Source: Candidatus Latescibacterota bacterium
Lineage (GTDB): Bacteria > Latescibacterota > UBA2968 > UBA8231
DNA: 64,000 bases
Direction: 5' to 3'
Assembly (NCBI GenBank): GCA_965248265.1
Contig: CBDFJF010000002.1
Span: 3,395,052-3,459,051 of the forward strand
Part shown: piece after piece, positions 1 to 9,426 of the stretch
How the letters are laid out: each line of letters opens with the position of its first letter
How positions within the stretch are numbered: position 1 is the stretch's first letter
Position numbers and translations under genes: made by a program
The notes under the pieces: generated by a model
Databases searched by the model: none
What the model was told of the DNA's origin: nothing
The model's input: the letters and a program-made list of their open reading frames with translations, nothing else

Positions 1-1
1 C

Positions 2-184
2 GAACGCATGAAGGAGAAGGTGGAAGAAGAAGAAGCGCTGGCCGAAGCCTACGGCGACATGGCTGACGCCTCCACGTCCGTGGATGACGAGATCGATCGC
101 GCCCTGGCCGGCGGCAGCACGGCCAAGGCGGACGACTCATTGGCCCAGCTAAAGGCCAAAATGGGGTTGGATCAGGGTAGTTGA
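2..184 (+). CDS. PspA/IM30-family protein, C-terminal fragment (5' end outside window)
   Basis: In-frame coding run ending TGA 182-184. The acidic coiled-coil tail ...[27 protein letters not shown]...[10 protein letters not shown] resembles PspA/YjfJ C-termini. Confidence 0.5.
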   Translation, partial: ERMKEKVEEEEALAEAYGDMADASTSVDDEIDRALAGGSTAKADDSLAQLKAKMGLDQGS

Positions 185-302
185 TTCACCAACATCCCCG
201 CGCTATGCCATCGGCTTCTGGCGTCGCCGGACGATCTGACACTCCTAGCACTCCACCTGTTTTCTCGTGCAGACGATTGCTGATTCAGCATTGGCCTGAC
301 AC

Positions 303-1982
303 ATGCCATCACTGAGTCGCCGCCGGTTCCTGCAATTGACCGCGGCCGGCGGCCTGTGGCCACTGGCCTGCGAACGCCCCTCGCATGTAACTCGCCGATC
401 CTTCGACATACCGGGTACCTTTGCCGATGCCAACCTGGCCGAGCGCGGCCATCTGCTGCGCCGGGAGAGCATGAGGCATTGGTTCTCTATTCCGGCGGCA
501 GCGGGCCGGGTCTGGGATGTCGTCGTTGTGGGCGGGGGCATCTCCGGACTCACGGCCTGCTGGAAGTTGCGAAGGATGGGCATCGAGCGTGTCCTGCTGC
601 TAGAGTTGGCTTCTCAACTCGGAGGGACTTCCTCGTCCGGATCGACGGATGGCCATGCCTTCCCCTGGGGAGCGCACTACATAAACATTCCTCCACCCGA
701 AGCGGATTGTATCCATGAGATTCTCACGGATACAGAAGTCATCAGCGGCTACGACGCGGCGGGTCGACCGCTCGTCGATCGGGAGCACATCCTGCGGTGG
801 CCGCGAGAGCGGCTGTACCAGGAAACGTGGACCGAAGGACTGGAGCCCTTTCTCGGAGCGCCGAAGTCGGAGGTCGAGGTCTATCAGCAGTTCGAGGACC
901 AGATGCTGCAGTGGACCCTGTATCGAGGGAGGGATGGACGCAAGGCGTTCGCCATGCCACTGGACTACAGCACCACCGACGCCGCCGTACGAGAACTCGA
1001 TTCGATCTCCATGCTCGAATACCTCCGGGCCCAGGGATGGAGCTCTCAGCGGCTGGACTGGCTAGTGGATTACGCCTGTCGTGACGATTATGGCAGTCGA
1101 ATCACAGAAGTCTCGGCCTGGGCAGCCATCCACTACTATGCTTGCCGGCGCTATGATGCGCGTGTTGCTGATGAGTACCCATCAGATACACTCACCTGGC
1201 CCGAAGGAAACGCCTTTCTGGCCAGACGACTGGCCCGCGACCTCGACCCGGATGGCTGTCGCCTCGACACTGCCGTGGTAGCGATACGCAATGATGCTGG
1301 AGGATGTGAGCTGGCCTGCGTGCGATGGCCAGGTCTTGAAGCTGAGCGCGTTCGAGCGAGGAGCGTCGTCTATGCCGGGAAACTGCACGGCCTTCCCTAC
1401 GTCCTCAGGGACCTCCCGGACGTTCAGCGGCGCTCCCTCACCAACATGGGCTACAGCCCCTGGTTGGTGGCCGCCATTCACGTCACATCCCTGCCGGGGG
1501 AGGAATCGGGAACGACCGTGGCCTGGGACAACATTCTCTACGACAGTGCTTCGCTGGGGTACATCGTAGCAGGCCATCAGCGGGCACCCCGCAATGGAGC
1601 CGGCGAGGTCCTCGTGTACTATCTGCCGATGAGTGAGAGCGAGGGCCGTCAGCTGTTGTTGACGCGCTCCCATGCGGAGTGGGTCAACCTCATCATGAGC
1701 GATCTCTCGCGGGCACATCCCCAGTTGGAAGATTCGGTCGAGCGCATCGATCTGTACCGGTGGGGACACGGCATGGTCCGTCCTGTTCCCGGATCGATAT
1801 TCGGTCCGGATGCCGACCAGCGCCGTACCCCGGTCGGGGCTGTTGCCCTGGCCTCTTGCGACGTGACCGGGCTGCCGCTATTCGAGGAAGCTTGCTACAG
1901 CGGCGTCAGGGCGGCTGAATGGTGCGCCCGCCGTCTGGGTGCTTCATTCGAAACCTCCTTGAAAGGTCTGCAGCGTGCCTGA
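303..1982 (+). CDS. Tat-exported FAD-dependent oxidoreductase (amine oxidase / phytoene-desaturase-like)
   Basis: N-terminal twin-arginine motif SRRRFLQL. Dinucleotide-binding motif VVVVGGGISGLT...LELASQLGG. 559-aa ORF. Confidence 0.8.
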   Translation: MPSLSRRRFLQLTAAGGLWPLACERPSHVTRRSFDIPGTFADANLAERGHLLRRESMRHWFSIPAAAGRVWDVVVVGGGISGLTACWKLRRMGIERVLLLELASQLGGTSSSGSTDGHAFPWGAHYINIPPPEADCIHEILTDTEVISGYDAAGRPLVDREHILRWPRERLYQETWTEGLEPFLGAPKSEVEVYQQFEDQMLQWTLYRGRDGRKAFAMPLDYSTTDAAVRELDSISMLEYLRAQGWSSQRLDWLVDYACRDDYGSRITEVSAWAAIHYYACRRYDARVADEYPSDTLTWPEGNAFLARRLARDLDPDGCRLDTAVVAIRNDAGGCELACVRWPGLEAERVRARSVVYAGKLHGLPYVLRDLPDVQRRSLTNMGYSPWLVAAIHVTSLPGEESGTTVAWDNILYDSASLGYIVAGHQRAPRNGAGEVLVYYLPMSESEGRQLLLTRSHAEWVNLIMSDLSRAHPQLEDSVERIDLYRWGHGMVRPVPGSIFGPDADQRRTPVGAVALASCDVTGLPLFEEACYSGVRAAEWCARRLGASFETSLKGLQRA

Positions 1983-3537
1983 CGCCGAAGGCCAGGAGGT
2001 CCGTGAGCCAGGGGTGGGTGGAGATATTTCTCGCCTGGGCTTGGCGATGTTGTTGGCTGCTATCTTTGCCGCAGCCGCCTGCGCCATTGTCTACGAGCTG
2101 CTGATCGGTGCGGTCTCCTCGTATTTCCTCGGTGACAGCGTCGAGCAGTTTTCGCTGACGATAGGATGTTTTCTGTTTGCCATGGGCCTTGGATCGTGGG
2201 CTTCCAGACTCATCCATGGCAATCTGATCGAGCGTTTTGTCGGTCTCGAAATCGCGCTTGGATTGGTCGGGGGATTGACGGTACCCGCCCTGTATCTGGC
2301 GTATGCCTACACCGACCACTACCGGTTCGTCCAGATTGCCGTCATCCTCATCATCGGTAGTCTGATCGGACTGGAACTACCGCTGTTGACGCGCATCTTG
2401 CGCGGGTGCGGCAGCCTGCGGACGATTCTGGCGAATGTGCTGTCGCTGGATTACTTCGGATCCCTGGTCGCGGCCCTTCTCTTCCCGTACCTGCTGCTGC
2501 CGCTTCTGGGGGCCTTCCACACGTCGCTGGCTACCGGGGCGCTCAACGCCATCATCGGCTTGGTGCTGCTGATCGCCGTTCGCACGCTGGTGCAACCCGT
2601 GGCCGGACTGGTTCTGGGCATCGGTGGGGCCGTCATCATAGCCGTGCTTGGTTTGCTGCTGCTGAACGCGGACGCCCTGCAGGAGCGTTGGGAGGCGTCC
2701 CTGTACACGGAAACCGTCGTCCACAGCGAGCAGACCCGCTACCAGAAAGTCGTGCTCACCCAATGGCAGGACGAATTGCGGTTATACCTGGACGGCCACC
2801 TGCAATTCTCATCTGCTGATGAATACCGCTACCACGAGTCCCTGGTCCAACCGGCCATGGCGTTGACGCGATCGCGCGAGCGTGTGCTGGTAATTGGTGG
2901 TGGGGACGGACTTGCGGTCAGAGAGGTCCTGAAACATTCGGATGTGCTCGCAGTCGAGGTCGTCGATATCGATCCAGCAGTGACTCGCCTGGCGCGCCGC
3001 GATTTGCGCCTGACGGCGATCAACGAAAACGCGCTCAACTATCCCAAAGTACGTATCTTTAACCAAGATGCGTTCGCGTTCCTGCAGCGTTCACATGTGC
3101 CCTACGGCGTGATCATCATGGATCTGCCCGATCCCCGTTTCGAGGCGTTGGCCAAGCTGTATTCGGTGGAGGGCTACCGACTTTGCCGCAGGCATCTGGC
3201 GGTGGGAGGGGTTGTGGTCACTCAGGCGACGAGTCCGTATTATGCCCGCAGGACGTACTGGACCATCGCAGCTACCCTGGAGGCGGCGGGTTTCGAGGTT
3301 TTTCCGTACCATGCTTATGTTCCGTCATTCGGCGAATGGGGTTTTCACCTGGCCGCGCTGCGGAAGATCGATCCGGTCCGGATAAGAGTTCCAGTTGCGG
3401 GTCGTTTTTTCGAGGAGTCCATGTTCAAGCACATGCTTCTCTTTCCAGATGATATGCGGCGGGTCGATGTCGAGGCGAACCGCATCGACAGACCGCACAT
3501 TGCGCGCCATTATCGCGAGGATTGGAGCGCCTGGTAA
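1975..3537 (+). CDS. membrane-anchored spermidine synthase-like (polyamine aminopropyltransferase family) protein
   Basis: Polytopic N-terminus followed by a SpeE-like AdoMet fold with VLVIGGGDGLAVREVLKH...VEVVDIDPAV...IIMDLPDP. GTG start overlaps the upstream stop by 8 nt; ATG 2046 is an alternative start. Confidence 0.8.
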   Translation: MPDAEGQEVREPGVGGDISRLGLAMLLAAIFAAAACAIVYELLIGAVSSYFLGDSVEQFSLTIGCFLFAMGLGSWASRLIHGNLIERFVGLEIALGLVGGLTVPALYLAYAYTDHYRFVQIAVILIIGSLIGLELPLLTRILRGCGSLRTILANVLSLDYFGSLVAALLFPYLLLPLLGAFHTSLATGALNAIIGLVLLIAVRTLVQPVAGLVLGIGGAVIIAVLGLLLLNADALQERWEASLYTETVVHSEQTRYQKVVLTQWQDELRLYLDGHLQFSSADEYRYHESLVQPAMALTRSRERVLVIGGGDGLAVREVLKHSDVLAVEVVDIDPAVTRLARRDLRLTAINENALNYPKVRIFNQDAFAFLQRSHVPYGVIIMDLPDPRFEALAKLYSVEGYRLCRRHLAVGGVVVTQATSPYYARRTYWTIAATLEAAGFEVFPYHAYVPSFGEWGFHLAALRKIDPVRIRVPVAGRFFEESMFKHMLLFPDDMRRVDVEANRIDRPHIARHYREDWSAW

Positions 3538-3550
3538 AGGCACAATTGGT

Positions 3551-4120
3551 ATGGGATTAGGCAAGTGGTTGAAGCGGGGGAGGGGCGATCAGGATGACGA
3601 GGTCGTCGGCGAGTACACTCTGGTTATGATGAAGCCCGGTTTTCTCGTGGACTTCGATCTCAAGACCTGGCAGGTGATCGCAAAGAAGGAGTACGACTAC
3701 GAGGGCGACCGGGCCATGGAATGGGAACTGCGTGCTGAAGGTGAAGTCCGCTTTCTGGAACGCTCGGAGGATGACGGCCGGGTCGAGCTGACTCTCACGC
3801 GTAGTGTATCCATCCGTGACTTCGATGAGGATGTGATGGGCACGATCCTGGATGAGGATGACCCGCCCGAGGTCGTCCATCTGTCCGGGGGTGAGTACAC
3901 GGCGATCGAATCGAGTACGGGCACCCAGAGGGATGGGGAGAAGGAAACCGAGGACGCGGATACCGACAACGGCCGCGACTTCGTCAGTTGGACCTATGAA
4001 TCGGAAGACGGTCATGTAGTGTTCGTTCTGCGTTGGGGCGATCGCGATTTTTCTGCCTACGAGGGTGAGTATGTTGAAGAGTACCAGTTCACGGATATTC
4101 TCCCGGCCACATTGTCTTAG
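3551..4120 (+). CDS. DUF4178-like protein
   Basis: Acidic roughly 190-aa ORF beginning MGLGKWLK. Its position after the SpeE-like gene matches the known DUF4178/DUF350/spermidine-synthase association. Start chosen downstream of the SpeE stop. Confidence 0.55.
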   Translation: MGLGKWLKRGRGDQDDEVVGEYTLVMMKPGFLVDFDLKTWQVIAKKEYDYEGDRAMEWELRAEGEVRFLERSEDDGRVELTLTRSVSIRDFDEDVMGTILDEDDPPEVVHLSGGEYTAIESSTGTQRDGEKETEDADTDNGRDFVSWTYESEDGHVVFVLRWGDRDFSAYEGEYVEEYQFTDILPATLS

Positions 4121-4217
4121 GTGGCCGCAGCCACACTGTCCTAAGTGGCAGCAGCCACGCCGCACTGAGTCGATCTCATCGTGTCGTGCGCGCAGGGCCA
4201 TTCTGCTCGCATCATCG

Positions 4218-4898
4218 ATGCTGCTGCTGATGGGGATCCTGGGGTGCGGTCGTGCGCCGGATCCAGTGCGGGATTTGAGCCGGGACCTCGGTCGATATCC
4301 AGAGTACTCCCTCATCATCGACGATCTGAACGTGGAGGACGGGTTCTTCCCCGATTACTTCATGCGCTTCCGCCTGTTGACGGCCTCGGGGCAGCGCGTG
4401 GCAGGGGTGGACACACTAATTTATGAGACTCGAACGACGGAGTGGCAGGAGGTCAGCGAGGAGGTTTTTGCACGGTATCAACACTACCTGGGCATGGTCG
4501 TTGCAGCCAAGGGCGCTGATGGAAAGCGCACTGGCTTGCAGCAGGCGCATCCGCCCGGATATCAATACGTCGGAAACTCTAACTACGGCTACTGGGGTGG
4601 GGGTGGTTTCTGGGCCTTTTACGGGCAGTACGCCTTCATGAGCAGCATGCTCGGCGGCCATCAGATCGGACGCCAAGATTACGGAAACTACCGTCGTTCC
4701 GGCGACGGGGGACGAGCTTATTTCGGTCCAAACAAGAACGGACGTCCAGCCTTTGGCACTCGTGGCAGCGTTACGCAGAAGACTAAACCACAATTCTATC
4801 AGCGTTACCGGCAGCGGATGAGTTCTTCCGGCAGGGGATTCGGGAGCAGGGGGACGACGAGCACCAGTCGCTCAGGCTCGCGACGGTTTGGAAAATAG
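4218..4898 (+). CDS. putative lipoprotein with Gly/Tyr-rich C-terminal region (start uncertain)
   Basis: Lipobox-like LLMGILGC followed by a GYWGGGGFW...SGRGFGSRGTT tail. In-frame ORF extends upstream to 4065 with no clear start. Confidence 0.4.
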   Translation: MLLLMGILGCGRAPDPVRDLSRDLGRYPEYSLIIDDLNVEDGFFPDYFMRFRLLTASGQRVAGVDTLIYETRTTEWQEVSEEVFARYQHYLGMVVAAKGADGKRTGLQQAHPPGYQYVGNSNYGYWGGGGFWAFYGQYAFMSSMLGGHQIGRQDYGNYRRSGDGGRAYFGPNKNGRPAFGTRGSVTQKTKPQFYQRYRQRMSSSGRGFGSRGTTSTSRSGSRRFGK

Positions 4899-4932
4899 GA
4901 TCGCACGATCGTGAACTGGATAATCGGAGGCG

Positions 4933-5787
4933 ATGTCAATGAATGAAGAGTTGTGGATGGCGATGGCGCGCTCGGCAGTCTACCTGCTGGAGGCCTTCGT
5001 GCTTCTCTGGATTGCCAAGGTTGCCTACACCGGTGTATACCGTAAGGCACAGCTCAAGGTGGAGTTGTTCGACAAAGCGAATGTTGCCCTTGCCATCTCT
5101 ACAGTCGGTTACATGCTGGGCATCGTCATCGCTCTGGGCGGCATACTGAGCAGCCCGTCGACGGGATGGCAAAGCGATCTCACCGGGATTGCCCTGTACG
5201 GCGTTGCCACGATCGTGCTGATGCTGATCGCGAGTTTTCTGTGTGAGAAAATACTGCTGCCCCAATTCAACAACACCAAGGAAGTGGTCGAGGATCACAA
5301 CCTGGGGACGGCCTTTGTGGAGGCCGGCATGCACATCGCCAACGGTCTCATCCTGCTGTCGATCGTGCAGGGCAGCGGTCCGTGGTGGGTCGGCCTCGTG
5401 TTCTGGGCGTTGGCACAGATCGTGTTGTTGATCGTCGGCTTGCTCTACGAGTTCACGACGGCACACAAGATCCACGAGGAACTCGAGCGTGACAACGCGG
5501 CCGTCGGCCTTGCCTTCGGTGGCGTGCTCGTCGGCATGGGCAACATAGTCAGCCTGGCCGTGGCCGGTGATTTTACGAGTTGGTCAGAGAGTTTGACCCT
5601 ATTCGTCGCGGACGCCGTATTCGGCCTTGTCGTCCTCTACATGATCAAGAGGTTGACCGACGCACTGCTTGCCCCGGGAGTCAAGTTGAGCCAGGAGCAG
5701 ACCGCCCAACCGCCCAACACTGGTGCGGGTCTGCTCGAAGCCTTCGGCTACGTGGGCGGCTCGATGCTCGTGGTTTGGGTCTTCTAG
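4933..5787 (+). CDS. DUF350-repeat integral membrane protein (YjfL-like)
   Basis: Three or four repeats of the DUF350 signature, e.g. KANVALAISTVGYMLGIVIAL, DHNLGTAFVEAGMHIANGL and RDNAAVGLAFGGVLVGMG, in a hydrophobic 284-aa protein. Confidence 0.65.
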   Translation: MSMNEELWMAMARSAVYLLEAFVLLWIAKVAYTGVYRKAQLKVELFDKANVALAISTVGYMLGIVIALGGILSSPSTGWQSDLTGIALYGVATIVLMLIASFLCEKILLPQFNNTKEVVEDHNLGTAFVEAGMHIANGLILLSIVQGSGPWWVGLVFWALAQIVLLIVGLLYEFTTAHKIHEELERDNAAVGLAFGGVLVGMGNIVSLAVAGDFTSWSESLTLFVADAVFGLVVLYMIKRLTDALLAPGVKLSQEQTAQPPNTGAGLLEAFGYVGGSMLVVWVF

Positions 5788-5790
5788 GTC

Positions 5791-6807
5791 GTGATCGTTT
5801 GGCTGCCACTGATTCGCGTATGGCGCCGGCTGAAAGGATACTCGCTCCTGTGGATAGCGCTGCTATCCGTGAGCTTGATTCTGATCGGTGGGCTGCTGTT
5901 CAGTCTCGTGGAGGAGGGGCGCTCGATCGGGGACGGCATCTGGTGGGCCGTGGTGACGACGACGACGGTCGGGTACGGCGATATGTACCCGGAAACCGAG
6001 TTTGGCAGAGCCGTCGGCGTCGTGCTCATGGTCCTCGGGATCGGTGTTCTGGGTGGATTCACCGCCGAATTAGCCACCACCATCATAGCGCGCCGCTCGC
6101 GCCGTGACAGGGGCCTCAAAGCCGTGAATGCCAACGATCACATCTTGATCTGTGGTTGGAATGACACCGGCGAAGACCTGGTCAGGAATCTGCTGGCAGA
6201 TCGTCGGGAGCCGTCCCTCGTCCTCCTGGCCAACATGGATCATTCCCCTCTGGACGACGAGCGTCTGATGTTCGTGCAGGGCCCGGTGACTGAGCATTGT
6301 CTGACGATGGCCGGAGCAGATCGAGCCGAGTCGGCGGTGGTTCTGGGAAGTCAGCAGATTGAGGATCTTCAGGGACGTGACGCCAAGTCGCTTATGAATT
6401 CTCTGACGATCAAGCAACACAACCCGGACATCTACGTATGTACCCAGCTGTTCGATTCTTCCAGCCTGACCAATGCCGAGCTCTCCAGAGCTGACGAGAT
6501 CGTCGTCGTCGGTGCCCTCGCCGGTGGCCTGTTGAGCCGGGCTGCTCTGGACCACGGTAGCTCCCGGGCGATTTCCAGTCTGGTGCGGACTGAGGAACAG
6601 TGTGAGATCTACCGGGTGTCTGTGCCCACTTCATGGGTCGGCCGCCGCTTCGGCGCGTTGCTGGAAGAAGCCAAGACCCAGGCGAATATTCTACTGGTGG
6701 GGGTCGAATCCGCCGCTGGTGATCTGGTGCTGAATCCTCCGGGGGATAGTGTGCTGGGAGAGCGGGACATGGTTGCCGTTATCGCCAACCAGCGCCCCCA
6801 CCTGTAG
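5791..6807 (+). CDS. two-TM potassium channel with C-terminal RCK/TrkA-N domain (MthK-like)
   Basis: Selectivity filter TTVGYGD followed by an RCK fold ([18 protein letters not shown]...). GTG start at 5791. Confidence 0.85.
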   Translation: MIVWLPLIRVWRRLKGYSLLWIALLSVSLILIGGLLFSLVEEGRSIGDGIWWAVVTTTTVGYGDMYPETEFGRAVGVVLMVLGIGVLGGFTAELATTIIARRSRRDRGLKAVNANDHILICGWNDTGEDLVRNLLADRREPSLVLLANMDHSPLDDERLMFVQGPVTEHCLTMAGADRAESAVVLGSQQIEDLQGRDAKSLMNSLTIKQHNPDIYVCTQLFDSSSLTNAELSRADEIVVVGALAGGLLSRAALDHGSSRAISSLVRTEEQCEIYRVSVPTSWVGRRFGALLEEAKTQANILLVGVESAAGDLVLNPPGDSVLGERDMVAVIANQRPHL

Positions 6808-6844
6808 AACCACTCTCAATCAACAACCCAGAGCCCCGGACAGC

Positions 6845-7198
6845 TCAGCCAGTCCCGACCTCTCTGTCGATCCACTGGAGATACGGTTCGCTGCCATGCG
6901 CTACGGGGACGGCGATGATCGCCGGGACCTCGTAGGAGTGCAGCGTCACTATTCTCGCCTCGACCTTCTCATACAGATCATCCCGTGTCTTGAGGACACA
7001 CTGCCATTCGGTGGCCTTCTCTATGCGCCCCTGCCACCAGTAGACGCTGTCCATGGGACCGATTACCTGTGCGCAGGCGGCCAGGCGCTCGCGCACCAAC
7101 GTGTCGGCTATGGTCGTTGCCAATTCGGCGCTGTCCGTCATCGTGGTTATCCGAACGATCTGGATGGAGCCGTCCAAGATGGAGTCCTTTTCATTCAC
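6845..7198 (-). CDS. cutA: divalent-cation tolerance protein CutA
   Basis: IVRITTMTDSAELATTIADTLVRERLAACAQVIGPM...YWWQG...VLKT...HSYEVPAIIAVPV aligns with CutA1. GTG start at 7198; the listed long ORF has a non-coding N-extension. Confidence 0.8.
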   Translation of the reverse strand: MNEKDSILDGSIQIVRITTMTDSAELATTIADTLVRERLAACAQVIGPMDSVYWWQGRIEKATEWQCVLKTRDDLYEKVEARIVTLHSYEVPAIIAVPVAHGSEPYLQWIDREVGTG

Positions 7199-8204
7199 CT
7201 GTGCGGCGCCGGCGAAGCAGCAACAGGGCCGGTACGGAGAGGCCGATGTACAGAAGATTCGCGAGCGCGTGCACGGCGGTGGCGCAGGCCAGGGCGGCGG
7301 CGGCAGGCACGGCGAACAATAGCAACAGGGACTGGCTGAAGAGGAAATGGTATGGTCCCGTACCACCCGGAACCGGCGCCACTATCCCGAGCGAAGAGAT
7401 CGCCATGATGACGAGGGCTTCGGACGCCCCAAGGTTGTAATCGGTGTGAAAACCGAAGGCGATAAAGCCCTCGTATATGATGAGAATGTAGCCGGCGTTG
7501 AGCAGCACCGAACTGAGGAAAATCTCGACATAGGCGGACGGGGTATGGAGTGCTTCCAGGCCGTGCGCGAACTTGCTGAGCGCATCGACGACGGCACTGG
7601 AGATGCGCGGAGTGAGAGGTTGCAGAATCCGCTGAACAACCTTCAGCGCGCGATCCCGGTAGATGGACACCAGTGTAAGTAAAGTCAGGACTGCGACGCA
7701 GGCGGCGAGAGCCACCAAAACCGCAGGTCCCATCCAGGGCCCCATCCAGGGGAATGCCAGCTCCATGCGAGTACGCAACAACAGCATCGAGATGCCGACG
7801 AACAGGATGAGCCAAACCATGTCGATGATGCGCTCGACGACGACGGTGGCGGCGGTAGACCCCATGCTTATCGTGTGGCGCCACCTGAGGCTCAACACGC
7901 GCAGCGCTTCGCCCGATCTCGGTAGAAAGAAGTTGGCGCCATAACACAGGGCCAGTGCCTGCGACGCCTCCAGGACCGTCACGGATGTCGTGAACGGGCG
8001 CATCAGCACAAGCCAGCGCCAAGCTCTGAGGACGATGGTAATCAGGGTGGTGAGGACGATGATACCGAGCCACACCGGCGAAACCTGTTGCATGGCCGCC
8101 CACAAGGTGTCTGCATCGATATCCCGGAAGGCCCAGTACAGGAACAGCGCCATCAGGCCGAAGCTGATGGCGTAGCGCAAGGCCTGTTGGATGCGTGAAT
8201 TCAA
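7191..8204 (-). CDS. UPF0104 family membrane protein (lysyl-PG synthase TM-region / flippase-like)
   Basis: 337-aa polytopic protein with the typical UPF0104 length and topology. Overlaps the cutA start by 8 nt. Confidence 0.55.
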   Translation of the reverse strand: MNSRIQQALRYAISFGLMALFLYWAFRDIDADTLWAAMQQVSPVWLGIIVLTTLITIVLRAWRWLVLMRPFTTSVTVLEASQALALCYGANFFLPRSGEALRVLSLRWRHTISMGSTAATVVVERIIDMVWLILFVGISMLLLRTRMELAFPWMGPWMGPAVLVALAACVAVLTLLTLVSIYRDRALKVVQRILQPLTPRISSAVVDALSKFAHGLEALHTPSAYVEIFLSSVLLNAGYILIIYEGFIAFGFHTDYNLGASEALVIMAISSLGIVAPVPGGTGPYHFLFSQSLLLLFAVPAAAALACATAVHALANLLYIGLSVPALLLLRRRRTGE

Positions 8205-8240
8205 ATGAGGCAGATGCCAGACGGGACGACTAAGGGGTAC

Positions 8241-8627
8241 TCAGGCGTAGACCTCATCCGGGTCGAAGACGCGTTCCTCGGCTTCCGACCATGTCTGGGT
8301 GCTCTCGTCCCAGGTGCGGTAGTAGCAGGAGTAATATCCGGCGTGACAGGCGGCGACTTTTTGCTCCACGCGGATCTCGAGGGAGTTGCCATCGCAATTG
8401 GCGCGAACTTCGGTAACCTTTTGGATGTGCCCGGAAGTCACACCCTTTTGCATGACCTCGCCCTTGGAGCGCCGGTAGACGTAGACGACGCCTTCAGCGA
8501 CCGTGCGCTCCAGGGCTTCGCGATTGAGATAGCAGAGCACCAGTATCCGGGTGCTGTGAGCATCTGTGACCACAGCCGGGATCAAGCCATCGGCGTTAAA
8601 TTGAACTCGATCAGCGATCGACATCAC
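8241..8627 (-). CDS. hisI: phosphoribosyl-AMP cyclohydrolase
   Basis: DGLIPAVVTD...CDGNSLEIRVEQ...CHAGYYSCYY is a monofunctional HisI signature. Confidence 0.85.
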   Translation of the reverse strand: MMSIADRVQFNADGLIPAVVTDAHSTRILVLCYLNREALERTVAEGVVYVYRRSKGEVMQKGVTSGHIQKVTEVRANCDGNSLEIRVEQKVAACHAGYYSCYYRTWDESTQTWSEAEERVFDPDEVYA

Positions 8628-9350
8628 TCACCCTATTTTTTTTCGCTGTTCCAACATTTCGATGATGGTGGCCGCCGCTTCCTCGGGTGTGCAAGATCCC
8701 GTTTGGATCTCGAGTTCGGGATTGAGCGGCTCCTCGTATGGATCCGAGATGCCGGTAAAATTGGGGATCTCTCCGGCACGTGCTTTCTTGTACAGCCCCT
8801 TCGGATCGCGCTCTTCGCACATCTCCAAAGGAGTATTGATGAAAACCTCCAGAAATTCGCCTTCGCTCAGCAAGGCACGGACCTCGTCGCGGTCACCTCG
8901 ATAGGGACTGACGAAGCTCGATAGCGTGATCACGCCGCTGTCGGCGAACAACCTACCAACTTCCCCGATGCGCCGGATGTTCTCGGCGCGATCCTCTTCG
9001 GAAAAGCCCAGATTCTTGTTGAGGCCATGACGGATGTTGTCGCCATCCAGGACATAGGCAAGATGCCCGCGTTCGACCAGAGCGTGCTCGACGGTGAAGG
9101 CGATCGTGCTCTTGCCCGAACTCGGCAATCCGGTCAGCCAGACCAGCACGCCTTTCTGGTTGAGCAGGGCTTCGCGCTGGTCGCGCTGAACGTGACCTTC
9201 ATGCCATACAATGTTGGTGGCCTTAACTTGCGTTGACAACAGGGATCTCCTCTCGATGACACGGTCCCATGCTGCTGCATCGTCATCGGTTTCCGCAGTT
9301 GCGTTTTTGTTCGGAGGTGGCTGATGACGGCATGGACCGGAGTGTGACAA
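8628..9350 (-). CDS. cysC: adenylyl-sulfate (APS) kinase with roughly 45-aa N-terminal extension
   Basis: P-loop VWLTGLPSSGKSTIAF plus the APS-kinase core (DGDNIRHGLN...). Start may be downstream of 9350. Confidence 0.85.
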   Translation of the reverse strand: MSHSGPCRHQPPPNKNATAETDDDAAAWDRVIERRSLLSTQVKATNIVWHEGHVQRDQREALLNQKGVLVWLTGLPSSGKSTIAFTVEHALVERGHLAYVLDGDNIRHGLNKNLGFSEEDRAENIRRIGEVGRLFADSGVITLSSFVSPYRGDRDEVRALLSEGEFLEVFINTPLEMCEERDPKGLYKKARAGEIPNFTGISDPYEEPLNPELEIQTGSCTPEEAAATIIEMLEQRKKIG

Positions 9351-9426
9351 ACCGGGCGGTGGTCCTGAATCGTATTAGAATCAATAAGTTACGCAGGGCA
9401 CGTGAACTGTCAAGGAACAGGGCAGG

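Noticed and set aside
1182-1769. Long antisense and alternative-frame ORFs, e.g. 1182-1769 (-), 7195-8103 (-), 45145-45927 (+) and 58791-59450 (-)
   Set aside because: Typical high-GC shadow ORFs inside well-supported genes (oxidoreductase, UPF0104, terL, repeat protein). They are Arg/Pro/Ala-rich with no starts or SDs.
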